Source: Eutreptiella sp. 'Long Island Sound 2002'
Taxonomy: Eukaryota > Protista > Euglenida
Reading direction: 5' to 3'
DNA: 64,000 nt
Assembly: GCA_964036045.1 (NCBI GenBank)
Contig: OZ038378.1
Coordinates: 173,352,001-173,416,000 of the forward strand
This document shows, piece by piece, positions 34,011 through 46,275 of the stretch. The notes under the pieces are model-generated. The model was not told the DNA's origin. It did no database searches and saw only the letters and a program-made list of their open reading frames with translations. Numbering within the stretch: position 1 is the stretch's first letter; each line of letters starts with the position of its first letter. The position numbers and the translations under genes are program-made.

Positions 34011-35195
34011 CCCGGTGGACCACTGCGCCGTGTGGGCGCACTTTTTGCGTTAGCCCGGGGGACTTTACTGTGCCGTGTGCACCAGGGTTTTTCTTAGTGT
34101 GTGTCCTACCCTACGGGGGGAGGGGGGATGGATGGGTGGGTGTTTCAGAAATTCTGGGTGGGCAGGTGTCCAACCCCCCAGCCCCCCTCCCCCCCGTAGG
34201 GTAGGACATTTTGGGGTGGGCGGGTTGGTGCCAAAGGCGCCAGAAGAAAAATCTACCCTTTTCTGCTTTTGGGGGAGTGGGTGGCAGGGTGGGTGGGGTC
34301 CAACAGTCCTCCCCACGCCCCCTTGGGGGCGGGTGGGGCATTTCTGGGTCCCTGGATTTTCCAAAACTCTGGGTGGGTGGGTTTCTCAAGTCCCCCCCCC
34401 CTTCCGCCGCGTGGCTAAGAAACCCTGGCGCGCACACACATGTGATTCTCGGAAGTGGTAGCCCTGTGCACTGGACTGCCCTGCAAACGCGCACGCGGGT
34501 TTGATGAGCGTAATCCCGGTGGACCGTGCTGCGCCGTGTCGCCACGCTTTTTGAATGGTGTCAGCCTGCCGGACTGTGCTGCGCCGCTGGCGTGCGCGTG
34601 CCCGCTTTTTTGGGATGGCGATGGCCCGATGGACCGCGCTGAGCCGCTCACACATGTGAGCGCGGGATGGCGTCAGCCTGGCGGACCATACTGCGCCGTG
34701 CGCGGGCGTGAGCACTTTTGCAATGTGTTTGCCCAGTGGACCGCGCGCCGCACATGCGCACGCTTTTGGGAGGGCGGAAGCCTGGTGGACTGCTCCGCGC
34801 CGCACGCGCGCTCTTGGGGAACGCGGTGCGCAAACACTGCGCCCCACGCGCACGCGCGCTTTTGAGATGGCTTTAACCCGCTGCGTGCACGTTTGGAATG
34901 GCAATACCCTGGCGGACTGCACGGCGCCCCGCACACGGGTGCACGCTGTTTTATGGAATGGCGTTAGCCCAGTGGACTGCGCCGTGCCATGCGCGCGCGC
35001 GCGCTTTCGAAATGGCGATGGCCCGGTGGACCGCGCGGCACTGCGCACGCGTGCGCTTTTGGAATGGCAGTAAGCCACGGGACCCACTGCGCCGCGCTTG
35101 CGCTGGTTTGAGATGGCGATAGCCTGGCAGCACGTGCCCTCTTGGGATGGGAATAGCCAGATGGACTGCGCTGCGTCGCGGGCGCACGCCTTTTG
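34011..35195. repeat. Degenerate ~50-55-bp tandem array (about 15 units), interrupted by a MITE
   Basis: Approximate consensus GGAATGGCGATAGCCCGGTGGACTGCGCTGCGCCGCGCGCACGCGCTTTT. Confidence 0.85.
34083..34427. mobile_element. hAT-type MITE
   Basis: TIR CAGGGTTT(TT)CTTAG/CTAAGAAACCCTG. TSD gtgtgcac/gcgcgcac (two CpG transitions). Internal inverted repeat tgtcctaccctacggggg/ccccgtagggtaggaca. Confidence 0.85.
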
Positions 35196-35349
35196 GATAG
35201 ACCTACTAAAAGCACCACCTGCAAAGAACTCGCGCAGTCATCCCACCCCTGAAGGGTAGAACGTGCACATCTCTGATGCTTGCAGGCGTTCAAGCCTGAC
35301 CTGCCACAACCCCAGTACACTTGCCATTGATTTGAAACATTAAAAATGA

Positions 35350-35426
35350 CTCTCAGGCGGGCGTTGAACCCGGGTTTTCCGGGTTCATGACGATGGCGGG
35401 AATACTAACCACTGTACTCCCTGTTT
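35350..35426 (-). pseudogene. tRNA-Asp-derived relic
   Basis: Minus strand AGTACAGTGGTTAGTATTCCCGCC..GTCA..CCCGGGTTCAACGCCCG-CCTGAGAG resembles eukaryotic tRNA-Asp(GTC). Anticodon stem is broken and only 4 acceptor pairs remain. A T5 run follows. Confidence 0.6.
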
Positions 35427-36862
35427 ACCTGTTGGATTGCTGCGCACGCAACAGAAAAACAAACATTGTTGATCGCGCGCCACATTCAGAACTTCATCTC
35501 TACGTCAGTCTTATTGCCACCATTACACGTTAGGTTCGGTGTCAATCCGTTGCAACACCCTGCCCCACGTAGCACATCCAATCGTGTTCATAGACGCTGC
35601 ATGCTGACTGCATGCAAAAACTTGAAACAATCCATGGTAAACCTCATATGACATTGTACAGTATATCCAGAAACCACCCTGTCGCTTAGGGCGAAGGTGA
35701 GCGTTCAGTGTAATGTTCGGGTTCGGGTTATCATCATCATGCTGCCACTTTTGGGTAATTCTCTTTGCCGGCCATCGGCCCTCGCGCTTCCACTCAAGCC
35801 CACTGCGATCCCTTGAAAAGATGCAACGGGGCTGAAAGCTCCACTGCGACGTTCCAAACACCACCTGGTGAAAGGCTCTGCGGCATTGATGGCAAATTTA
35901 CCTCCATCCCCCCATGATGCTCCGAGGTTGAAGCACGCTTCGTGAGATTTTCTGGGAACCAACCAACCAACCTGACAGATTAAACGGCGAATTTCCACGT
36001 CCCATGAGGAGGCGTGCATCCGCGTTCGCGATCCTGGGGGCATTCCAGATGACGGAGCAGGAGTCGTGATGAGTGGAAAGCCCGTCCAATCCTGAATGCC
36101 CTGGGCAAAACAATGAAGGAGCCCAAAACACTTACAACTACTCCAGTGTGTCAAGCACTGATCACTTCACGGCAAAAGTGAACCGGAAAAGGCAACGCTG
36201 CTGGCACGCGCCAGCGACCGAAGTCCCCACTCTAGTGGCACAGAGATCCATCTGGAAATCGTCTGCGCGGTCTTCGCTCCGGTTTTGGTCCGGGATCCCG
36301 CGGGAAATGCTGTCAGCTGCCTTGTCATTGTAAAGGGGGCCGATATGGGTTCTGTGGATTGAGGCCCGTGGTTTGACACCATCATGCGCAGATGACTCCA
36401 GGCAGTCCTTTTCCTTTGCACGACGGCACGATCTTTGTGAACGCACCGTGAACACGGAGGTATGAATCGCTGCAGGGCTTTTGGGTCGGGTCCTTTTCAA
36501 CCTTTCAGTGAAGCCTGCTGCGCACACCTTTGGCGCTGTTGCGACCACTCCTATCCACATGTTCCATCGCGCAGGGCGGCTTGCGTCGCGCTTTGTTCCT
36601 CAAAACCAGCTCCAACCAGTGGAATGATGGTTGGAGCAAATCAGGAACTAGATACTGTAGACACCGTCATCGGCGGCCCGCGAGCATTCAGCAGGGCGGT
36701 CTGGTTGAAAAAGATGGGGGGGGGGGTTACCGCTAGACTCCATCACGCTTGAATCTCGACAAAACGTCAGTCGACCAGCAAATGCTGTCGAGGAACAAGG
36801 AACAAGGAAAGGCATGGGCCCCTTCAAGACCGCGGCACTGATCTCCAAACAGCATCGGCGGC

Positions 36863-37513
36863 CTACAAGCCTTCAGTGTATCCCTCTGCCCCACGAAGGG
36901 CCGCCAACTGGTGCACGACGGCCTCGGCTGTGGGTCGATCGTCGGCTCGGGGCTTGGTCATGAGATAGACCAGGTCCCTGAGGCCTTGCCACGGGATCCC
37001 CTTCGCCAGCTCCGCAGGTTTGCCATGCTCCTCCTTCATCGTGCACAAGGCGACCAGCACCATCCCCATGCTGTACACGTCCTGCTTGGGGGACCCGTAG
37101 TCGTAGATCTTGCTCATAGGGGGCGGGTTCTTCTTTGGGGGGTCCAGCTGCTCCGGCGCGCAGTACCAATTCTGAGGGCCCCTCTGGATTTTGTACTTGC
37201 GGAACACGTTGGACACGTTCGTGACCCCGAAATGAGTGAGCTTGGGGGTCATGCTCCCGTCCACGGCGACCGTCGCGGCGGCGATCGCGTTGTGCACGTG
37301 CCCTCGGCGGTGCAGGTGTGCCACGGCGGCTGCGATGTGGAACATGATGTGGACAATCTGCCCGACTTTCAAAGGGTCCTCCGGGGTCCGTTGGCCGAGC
37401 AGCTGCTGGAGGGATTGGCCCGCATTCTCGTAGACCAGACACACTTCATGATCCTTCACTGCGTCATCAGCGTACGGCAACGGGGGAACGTGGTTGTCGT
37501 CGTCCTTCTTGTC
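36863..37513 (-). CDS. Ankyrin-pseudokinase exon 3 (kinase C-lobe)
   Basis: ttgccag|GAC, phase 0. HNAIAAATV replaces HRDxxxxN, THFG replaces DFG, APE and DVYSMG are kept. Stop at 36863. Confidence 0.85.
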   Translation of the reverse strand, partial: DKKDDDNHVPPLPYADDAVKDHEVCLVYENAGQSLQQLLGQRTPEDPLKVGQIVHIMFHIAAAVAHLHRRGHVHNAIAAATVAVDGSMTPKLTHFGVTNVSNVFRKYKIQRGPQNWYCAPEQLDPPKKNPPPMSKIYDYGSPKQDVYSMGMVLVALCTMKEEHGKPAELAKGIPWQGLRDLVYLMTKPRADDRPTAEAVVHQLAALRGAEGYTEGL

Positions 37514-37569
37514 CTGGCAATACAGTTCGAGGCCGAGCGCAGGGCAATGCAGCGCGGCGCGGTGCAGGA

Positions 37570-37803
37570 CAGGCCTTTGGGTAGTGATACTGGGGGGGGG
37601 GGGGGGGGTCAAATTGGCCCCTCGGGATTTTGGCTGACCCACCAACCCACCCACATCAGAAAATTTTTCCTCAGGAAAAAAATGAAATTTATCAAAGGGG
37701 CCCGAACTTGGAGGTCAATTTTAGGTACACAAACTTTTTTTTGGCCTCTGACCCCCCCCCCCAACCCCGGTATAGTATCAACCAGCCACTAAGCAAAGGC
37801 CTG
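37570..37803. mobile_element. hAT-type MITE in intron 2 of the ankyrin-pseudokinase gene
   Basis: TIR CAGGCCTTTG/CAAAGGCCTG. Perfect 8-bp TSD GTGCAGGA at 37562-37569 and 37804-37811. Confidence 0.92.
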
Positions 37804-38025
37804 GTGCAGGATGGGAGCAAAGGCTACCTTAGGTCAGACTGAAGGTGGCAGGGCAGTGCAGGGCAACGCACCGCGGTGCAGGTAAAGGGCAATGCAGTGC
37901 GGGCAGTGTAGTGCAATGGAAGGTGGTGCAGCGCAGGTAGTGAAAATGAGGTCCGGGCAAAGAGGGCAGGACGGGGCAGGGGCGGTGCATGGCAACGACG
38001 GGCAGGGCACGGTAGTGCAGGACAC

Positions 38026-38520
38026 CTCCTGCGGCTTCTTGTCCTTCTTCTTCTTCCCCTTGGCTTCGGCCGCGGGCTCCGCGGACTGCACCTGCAGCGC
38101 GTTCTGCTTGAAGCACAACCCCATGAAATGCGCCACGTTGGGGTGCGTCGTGGTGCTGATGTACGCAACCTGCCGGGCCAGCTTGTCCTTGAAGTACGGG
38201 TGGTACAGCACATCGACCAACACCACACAAGACACGGGCAGGAACTGATACTCCGCGGGGACCACGGCGGTGTGGCCCTCCGGAATGGTCTCCACAGACT
38301 CCAACGTTACGTCCTCCGCCTTCAACGAGTACAACTGCATCATCTGCTCGTGGTACACCTCCACTTTCTCCGGCGCGTACTTGCCTTGCTCGGCCTCCTC
38401 CATCTCCGCACGCTTCTGGACGATCAAACCGTCCAGCTTCTCGGCGTTTTCTGTGAAGGTCTTCAACGCCACGTCCAGCGCATCTGCTGCATCCTCGTGC
38501 TCTGCCTTGTCCTTCTTCTT
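38026..38520 (-). CDS. Ankyrin-pseudokinase exon 2 (coiled coil and kinase N-lobe)
   Basis: caccag|AAG ... GAG|gtgtcc, 165 codons. HPNVAHFMGLC is the TKL-type subdomain IV. Gly loop, VAIK lysine and alphaC Glu are degenerate. Confidence 0.85.
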
Positions 38521-40434
38521 CTGGTGACGGATGCGGGGCACAAAAGGCATCCGGGTCCTATCCCCACAATGAGTGGGACATTGGTGTGGGCACAGATTCT
38601 GTCTACACACTGCACACTGAACTCATGGCAGCAAGCATCGTGACAATTGGTGGTAAATGCGCCCGTGTGTGTGGGAGGGAAGAGGGGGGGGGGGGGGCGA
38701 GTGTTAAATGTATTGAATTCATCAGTTCCCAGCAAAGCAGAACGAGGCTGTGGCCCACTTTGGTTGTCATGTAAAGAGACTCACGCCACACGTGTGGGTT
38801 GATTGTCGCCTGCGTCGGTTGTCAAAGGGAGAATCAACAGTGGGCAGTTGTGAAATTGGACTTGGTGATGTATCCATGTTGGTGAGTGATACAGCGTTCA
38901 ACAAAACAATTGGTGCCACGGGACTTAGACCAGGCAATGTTGAACCCCGAGTCTATGCGAGATGTGCAATGCGACAATTCTGTGGTATCCTAAAGCAAGG
39001 CATGAAGAATGTGCAGTAGATGGTAGAGATATCCGGAGGAATCTGTGAAAGGGCTAAAGTGGGGAGCAGTCCTTGCATACTATTTTTAGAACATACTTCT
39101 TCGAAAAAGCCTGCAAAATGCCCACCTTAACCCCCCAAACCCTCCTCTGCTGAATTGTGCAGTGTTGTTCTGACCTTCCCTGAGGCGAAGACAACATGCA
39201 AACCCAAACAATACAACAAAACACTCATTTTGTGGACCACCTGTGCTAAAATGCCAAAATGCCAAAATGGGCATTGACTGTTTGACTGGTCCACAAAAGT
39301 TTGAAAGCATGAGTCCAAAAGCACTGAACCACTGTCAACAAGTTGTCAGCTTGGTGGGACTGGGCTGACAATTGATTGGCCCTTTTGCTGACAGGGATAT
39401 TGATGGCGAAGAGGGAACATTTTTCACTTTAGAAGCCTCACCAGCATCCAGTATCCAGTTTGGCCCTCTTGTTCCACTCGAGCCAGAGCATAACACTGGC
39501 CTCTGTCTGCTTTAGAGGGGACTGCGGAGGTTGGGAGCATCTTTGTAGACCGTTGCCCATGTGGGGGGAAGGGCCTCCACGCCCCTGCAGTCACAACAAA
39601 CACTAAACGTATGATAGGAGTGGTTGAAACTTAAGCTATCAGATGTAGACATCACCTTCATGCAGGCACCGTGGTGAGCAATCATAGTGAGGACATGGGT
39701 GGCTGGATGGCATCCTCAATGGGTTAGGCGGCGTATAGATGGATCGATGGAAACGGTAGAACACACCAATAGGCTAAAGGCTCCTAGAAATCACCTTCCA
39801 CTTCGCCAAACAGTGCATGGGCCTTGCACGGCCACAAGGGCTGTGGTGATTGTTCTAAACGTGCTTCCGTTGTCACTATCATTGCCATTGGATGTACCTC
39901 GCTTTGCATACATACCAATTTGTGCTCCATGCCATTTCTGGGAGCATCTTCTCCAAAAATGTGCCTGTCCCCATGTCTCGCCCTGGCACTCATGCCTCTG
40001 CGACACCAACCTGAACACGTAGCACTGTCCACATTTGATCAAACAGGGAGTGCACGGAAGATTGGTCAGGGAGAGAGGGACACCGAACGTGCTAGGCCAC
40101 GCCTCTCAACTGGGGCACTAGCTGAATCAGGCACACTCTGTGATCGATTGTTGATAAAGATAAAACGGGTGTTATGTTGCCACAGTGGAATGTTCGGAGG
40201 GAGCTGCATTGGGGAAGGGTCAGGCCCCAGCAAATGCCAGCCCGTAAGGGTAAGTTTGCACAGTGCGTGCACCGTGCACACACTGCATCGGGTTTTGTTT
40301 TGGAACAAACTCTGGGCAAATGGTTTGCTTCTGGCAGGCCTCTTCAGGTGCTGCACGCTCGGCCTGCGGAGCAGGTGTGGGTCTTGCAGGTGCGTTCCTC
40401 TGTTTACCTCTGGCTGACTCCATGGAACAACCCC

Positions 40435-40540
<106 letters not shown>

Positions 40541-40890
40541 GTGCGCGTGCTTTTGGGCCACAGCATCTGTCGGAAAACATGCACTGGCCGGGAAGGCGAA
40601 CAGCGGGAGGACCCGGTCCTGAAGAAGGTCCCCCCGTTCTGAAAAAGATGCGGAGAGCGTGTGCATGAAGCGGGCTCGCCGCAGTGCACGGGCAACGATC
40701 TGCCGTACTCGTGGGGAGGGGAGGGGGGGATGACTCATGCCCCAAACATATTCCATCTGAAGCGGGGGGGGGGGGCAAACAGAGGAGTCTGCAACACAAT
40801 TCGTGCCTTTCGTTTTAGTGGCGGTGAAAGGACATTGAGAGACACGATGCAGGGAGGCCACTGATCAGAGGGGCCCGGAGCGCGGCGTAC

Positions 40891-41733
40891 CTTTTTGTTC
40901 TTCTTTTTCTTGGAGCCCTCCCCCTCCTTTGCCTCCCCCTCTGCCGGCTCCTCCGCCTTCCCTGTCTCCTTTTTGGCGAGCTCCTCCTGCAGCTGCTCCT
41001 TCTCGGCCAAGACTCGCGCCAGCTCCTCCTCCAGAGCGATGATCCGCGCCGAGGCGGCGCCCTGCAGCTCCGCCTTGTCGGTCTTGACGTCCGTGACGTC
41101 CTCCAAGATCTTGATGATGCTGCGGTTGCCCTCCGCAAACGCCAACTTATAGACGGTCTTGCCATCGTCCGTCTTCGCGTCGGGGTCCGCCCCCCTCTGG
41201 ATAAGGAAGCTGAACGCGGTGTCGTCGCCCCGCGCGGCCGCGTAGTGCAGCGGGGTCCACCCGTCCTCGTCCGGGACGTTGATGTCGGCGTTCTTGTCGA
41301 GCAGCAGCTGGCAGACCTCGACGTTGCCGTTGTACGCCGCGTCGTGCAGCGCGGTGCTGGAGTCCGCCTTCACGGCGTGGGGGTCGGCGTTGCTGTCGAT
41401 GAGGAACTTCACGATCTCGAGCTTCCCGGCTTGCGCGGCAAAGTGCAACGGCCGCCAGCCATCCTTGTCCGTCACGTCCGTGCTCACTTTCCCCGTCTTG
41501 ATCATGTACGCCACCACCTCCAGGTCGCCCTCCTTCGCCGCTTGGAAGATCACCTTCTCGTCCGCCGCCAGCGCCTCCAGAATATCGGCGTCGGTCCCGG
41601 TGCTCTTTGTCGTGGCTTCAGCTTCAGCAGTCGCCGGCTCGGCGGGCGCCGCGGCGGCAGCATCGTCTTCAGGGCTGCCCTCGTCCCTGGTGTCCTCGCC
41701 CACTGTGGCAGGTGCCGTCTCTTCGGAGGCCAT
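40891..41733 (-). CDS. Ankyrin-pseudokinase exon 1 (acidic N-terminus, ~4-5 ankyrin repeats, coiled coil)
   Basis: ATG at 41733. GWRPLHFAA, STALHDAA and GWTPLHYAA ankyrin motifs. Donor AAG|gtacgc at 40891/40890, phase 0. Confidence 0.9.
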
Positions 41734-44700
41734 ACAGAGCGTGCAGGGGGAAAACGATACTGAGAAAGAAACGTGCCCAGACCCAAAGATAAGACCACAA
41801 ATGGCCCAGGGCTTTGCTCCGAGACGCGGACCTTCAGCCACCGGGACGCGACCCCGAATCAGCCTTTTGGCCCATCGGAAGCGCCCAACTGAAGTTCTTC
41901 GGGGGGATGGAGATGCCCCGAGTGCTGTTTCCGGCTGCCCAACGTACCGCCAATGAGGTTCTTCGGCACACCGGATGCGCCTCAAGGGGCGGGGGGGTGG
42001 GGGGTGTCGGTGGAGCCCCCAACATGGGGTGGCGGGGCCGGGGGAGCTCCATGGTACGGTGATTCATCAGCTACTAGGCAGTCGTTGAAGGTCACAAATG
42101 AGTGAACGAAACTTCGCCGACGGCATGGGACATGATGGCTGTGCTTGACCCCTAGCGTCAGACCGACTCCAACCACCTTTTCCAGCTTGAGTCTTTTAAG
42201 GTCGAGATGACCTCCGGAGCCTCGGTCAAGGATGTTGGGGCCGGTCAACTGAGCCGGTGGTGAGGGAAAGCGGTCTCGTGAGGGTCCCAGGCATGTGCGA
42301 AACCGCGCAGCAAGGGCGCTGGGGTAGCGTAGCGTGTCAATCCTCACCTTTCGAAGTTATTCACGTCTACCCCAACTCGCCCTTACACCCCATCTCACCT
42401 CACACTCACAGTCACGGTCACACTTGTACTCCTACTCACACTTACGCTCATACTCGCATTGCCACCACTTGCACTCTCACTGACGCCCCATTACACACTC
42501 AGACCCATGCTCAAACTTACACTCTGACTCACGCTCACCCGCACACGCACATTGCCGTTGCTCGTATTGTGTAAACGCACACAGACGACTTCGTTTCACT
42601 CCCTTGACATCCGTATCTTTGCCCCATACCCATGGTTGCTCAGCCTCAACGTCCTCTATCCAGGTCGGGCTGAGTGTTGTGCATGCTGGAGCCGTGCTGG
42701 TTGGGCTGATTTTGTAAGACCGTATCTATTTGGTTGGTGTGTCTCTGTGTTCTTTGGTTGTCCACCAGGTGATGGTCTGAACGGCATGGCAATTACAGTA
42801 CGTGGGGACGCTAACTGTTGTGGATGTGAGGCTTGTGCTCTTCGCTCCAGATACCAAGCACGTTCAGCCACCGAAAAGGGCTATATCCCCCCCCCCCCAG
42901 TACCATCTACAATTGCGTCCAGCCATAACCAAAGAATCTGTTTTTCAGGGCTGAAGAGGGCCACTTGTATCTTGTATGGGGATGTGTATGTGTTTTTGGG
43001 GGGGCAGAGGGGGGTTTGGCACAAGGCCTCGGGGGGGGGGGGGGGTGAGGCATGTGGTGGCCAGGAGTGGGAGCCCACGGAAAGCAGGATTATGAGGGTG
43101 TCACGACTTGAGCAAAGAGCGGAAGAAAAGGTGAGAGACACTGATACGCTAGCGCACACGGTTCATGGGCTCCGGAGGTGGGTCTTTCTTAGCTACCGCC
43201 CGAGTCCAACGAGGAGGGGCCGGCTGCCACATAATGGGGCGAGGGGGCGTTCCCATTCCGCCCCACCCCACACCCTCTCCAAGGTGACCCCTTTCCCCAA
43301 CAGTTTTGCGGGCCTCCCGAACAAACCTGGCGTTTAGAGGGCATCAGCGAGACGCGACAAACTGTTCCCTGGAAGCCTCGGTCCTTTGCTGCGTCTCTCG
43401 CTCCTCCCTGCCTCCCACCAACCCTCCCTTCCTCTGGCCGGCCCTCCCTGCAAAAAGCTTTTTTCGGCATGGGCTGCTGTCATAGGAATGACGGTTCCCT
43501 TGCTTCGGACGTTGATCATGGCGGGCATCCCCCCAAGCCCCTTTCTACGTGTGGTCTGGTCTCCAAGCCCCAACCGCAAAAATACGGGGGGGGGGCGAAT
43601 AGTGAGCGCTCACGCAGCCTCATGCCTCTCAATCACGGTACAAACGGGGAAAATTCACCGAAAGGGCCATTCGGTAGAGTTCCAAAGGGGTCAGAAGGGG
43701 GTGCGGCGCTTTCTCTGAGAGGGGGTCGGGGATGAACGAAGGGGCAAGGAGTGAGTAAGGCTATGCCAACGCGAGTCACTGCACGGTGCACGCCTGCGCA
43801 CGTAACAGCGGCCGTCATCACCCGTCGGAAATCGCGGACTCCGAATTCGATTCCGCGTAATCAAATCATTTACCGGCGATGGAAGCGCGGCAGTCGGTGT
43901 GCCGTGTGCTGGTTCTTCACACGCTTCGTCTCAGACAAACCATGTCGACCTCTGAATCAAACAGCTGTCCCTATGCCGCATTCCTCTTCCCAACAGGCCT
44001 TCTGTGCATTCATGCTGCGATTCGTGCGGCTGTGCGTGGCGTTGCTCGACTCTGTGTAGTTGTGTGTGGCTCTGCGTTGTGGCTCTGTGCGGCGCTGTAT
44101 TCACAGGCTGCTCTCGAATTCCTCGGTGGGGGTGCCGTTGTCAACCCATAGTTACGCACGGTACATTCTCTGACGAAACTGCCAACAGCCTGGAATGCAT
44201 GCTTCTGCCGCTTTCCTTAATCCCTCGTGAATACTCAGCATGTCAAGTCGGGCACGGAGTCGGAACCAAGTCAAATTCCAAGACCAAAGTGGACGCAACA
44301 AACAGCATCCTGACCTTCAGCAAATGCACGTTCGTAAATGGCAAAGCGTTTGTGCACAACATCTGAAAGAATCTGCTGTTCCAAACACTTGCACAAAAAG
44401 TATGGGCCCACAGCATGCGGGGCCATTGACATCTTCACTGCACTGCCGACACGCAGATACGCGAAGATTATGAAATGGAAATCAAAAGCGCGCGTCTCGA
44501 CAATGCCGTGGCCAATGGCATGGGCCCATGGCCCTGCCTTATTCACAGCATCACAAGCACAAAGCAGCAACATCCCTCTGAGATAGTGCGGCAACTCAGC
44601 CCCCCTGCACGACACTACGTCTCTGCTTCATGTAATCTACACCACGGTGCCCCATATGGCATATAAATCGCATAGTTGGCTGGCAGGTGGTCGCAACCCG

Positions 44701-45102
44701 AGCGTTCTTTGAGTGTGTCATGTATTGTAATGTGGGTTGATTGGTGGCGCTTTTGCCTTGTGGCAATGTGTGGGCGCTGCTGGATGTTCCTCAATGCTAG
44801 GAAGGGGTTCTCCAAGTATGCCGTAGTGGTGCCCTTCATTGGTGGAAAGACCAGACCCCCTCCCCCCGCCCCTGCCAAGGAGCAAACCCGGAGTCACGCA
44901 GTGCTTGCCACCCAGGAGAAGCCCATGGGAGCGGGGGTTGACGTGGGGGAAGACGGCGGGCTCGTGCCGGGCGCAGGTGACGGACACGACAAGTGCGGAG
45001 GGGCGCCAGGGACCGCCGTCGAGGAGATCGTGGCGATGCGGAGGTGCGAGTGGCGGTGCGAGAGTGGCCCCTTGCGGCAGGGCCAGGGCCCACAATGGAG
45101 CA

Positions 45103-46275
45103 TTACGCGTACATGCGCTCGACGGAGGGCGTAAACCGGATGTCCGGGTCATACGTCCACGTGAGGCTGAGCACAGTGCTGGGGTCTGCGGGGGGGTAGA
45201 AAGGGGTTGGCTGCGTGGCCCGAGGCTCCACGTTCACGATACCCCCGGTGTACTCGGGCTTGAACATCCACTCGCTGAGCCACGACTGGTACACCGCCAT
45301 CGCCAGGAACCGGTCGGTCAGGTTCACGTCAGCCCAGAAGGGCAGGGCAAAGAAGACGTCCCGGAAGGGGGACGCCAGGTGCAGAGCGCGGTGCGCGTCG
45401 AACGCCCGCTTGAAAATGGCCCGCACGCCCCGCGGGTCGCAGGCGTAGTCCAGCACGCACGCCCCGAACACGTCGGCCGACCAGTTCATCGAGTACGCGA
45501 CGTGCACACAGTCCCCCGCGGGGGACAGGGCACGGGCCAGGGAATGGAACTCGCGCGGGTCGGGCACGTTGCTCCATGTCACGCTCCAGGGGTGGCTCTG
45601 CGCGATCTCCTGCACAAGGCCCGGGGAGTCGGTGGCGGACAGCCGCGCGTGCACCAGCCGCACCCGGACAAGGTCGTGGCGGGCCAGCGCCCCCAAGCGG
45701 CGCACCCCCGCCCTCGCGACCGAAACCGCGGCGTCCATCAGCCGCATGGGGGCCGCGTGGGAGAGAAACTGCTTCAGGGCGGCCCCGGGCTGCGTCAAGA
45801 GCGTGGGGTAGAAGGCCGCCAGGGGGTCCTTGGGTAGCGCGGTCAGCACGTGCTCATGGGGGAGAACCTGAGGCGACCCCGGGGGCACGCTCCACATCGC
45901 GAGACTGGCCACCGTGTCGCCGCCCGCGCCCACTGCGAAGTCGCCGGTCACGCTGTAGAGCCCGAAATCCACACGATCTTGCTTCCGTTTCAGGGCGGCC
46001 AGGAGGCAGTGCTGCCCCTGTTGCTGATGCTGCGCCAACCACTGGTCTCGCGCGCGCTGGAGGGGGATGGGCTGGGTCTCCTCCGCGGCCCAGTGGCGCA
46101 GGTACGCCTCGGTCTCAGGGGTCAGATCGGAGGCCGCTCTCAGCACCTCCGCCACCGCGGCGCGGAAGCAGCCGAGCGTCGGCAAGTCCCACGTCGCCGA
46201 GTACCAGACCTGGACGATGGAATCTACGGGCTGGCCGAGCGTCACCATCTGCCACACTGCGAGGGACTTTGCGAC
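45103..46275 (-). CDS. Exon 2 of an uncharacterised, probably plastid-targeted protein
   Basis: ttgtgcag|GTC, phase 0, joins SAYQ|VAKSLAVWQM. 390 codons with strong GC3 bias. Ends TWTYDPDIRFTPSVERMYA*. Confidence 0.85.
   Translation of the reverse strand, partial: VAKSLAVWQMVTLGQPVDSIVQVWYSATWDLPTLGCFRAAVAEVLRAASDLTPETEAYLRHWAAEETQPIPLQRARDQWLAQHQQQGQHCLLAALKRKQDRVDFGLYSVTGDFAVGAGGDTVASLAMWSVPPGSPQVLPHEHVLTALPKDPLAAFYPTLLTQPGAALKQFLSHAAPMRLMDAAVSVARAGVRRLGALARHDLVRVRLVHARLSATDSPGLVQEIAQSHPWSVTWSNVPDPREFHSLARALSPAGDCVHVAYSMNWSADVFGACVLDYACDPRGVRAIFKRAFDAHRALHLASPFRDVFFALPFWADVNLTDRFLAMAVYQSWLSEWMFKPEYTGGIVNVEPRATQPTPFYPPADPSTVLSLTWTYDPDIRFTPSVERMYA

Noticed and set aside
34011-35195. CRISPR-like array
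   Set aside because: No invariant repeat with unique spacers, no cas genes, and a eukaryotic context.
44718-45100. Coding-looking GC-rich frame downstream of the stop at 45103
   Set aside because: The upstream ORF ends cleanly and no splice link was found, so this is probably 3' UTR.
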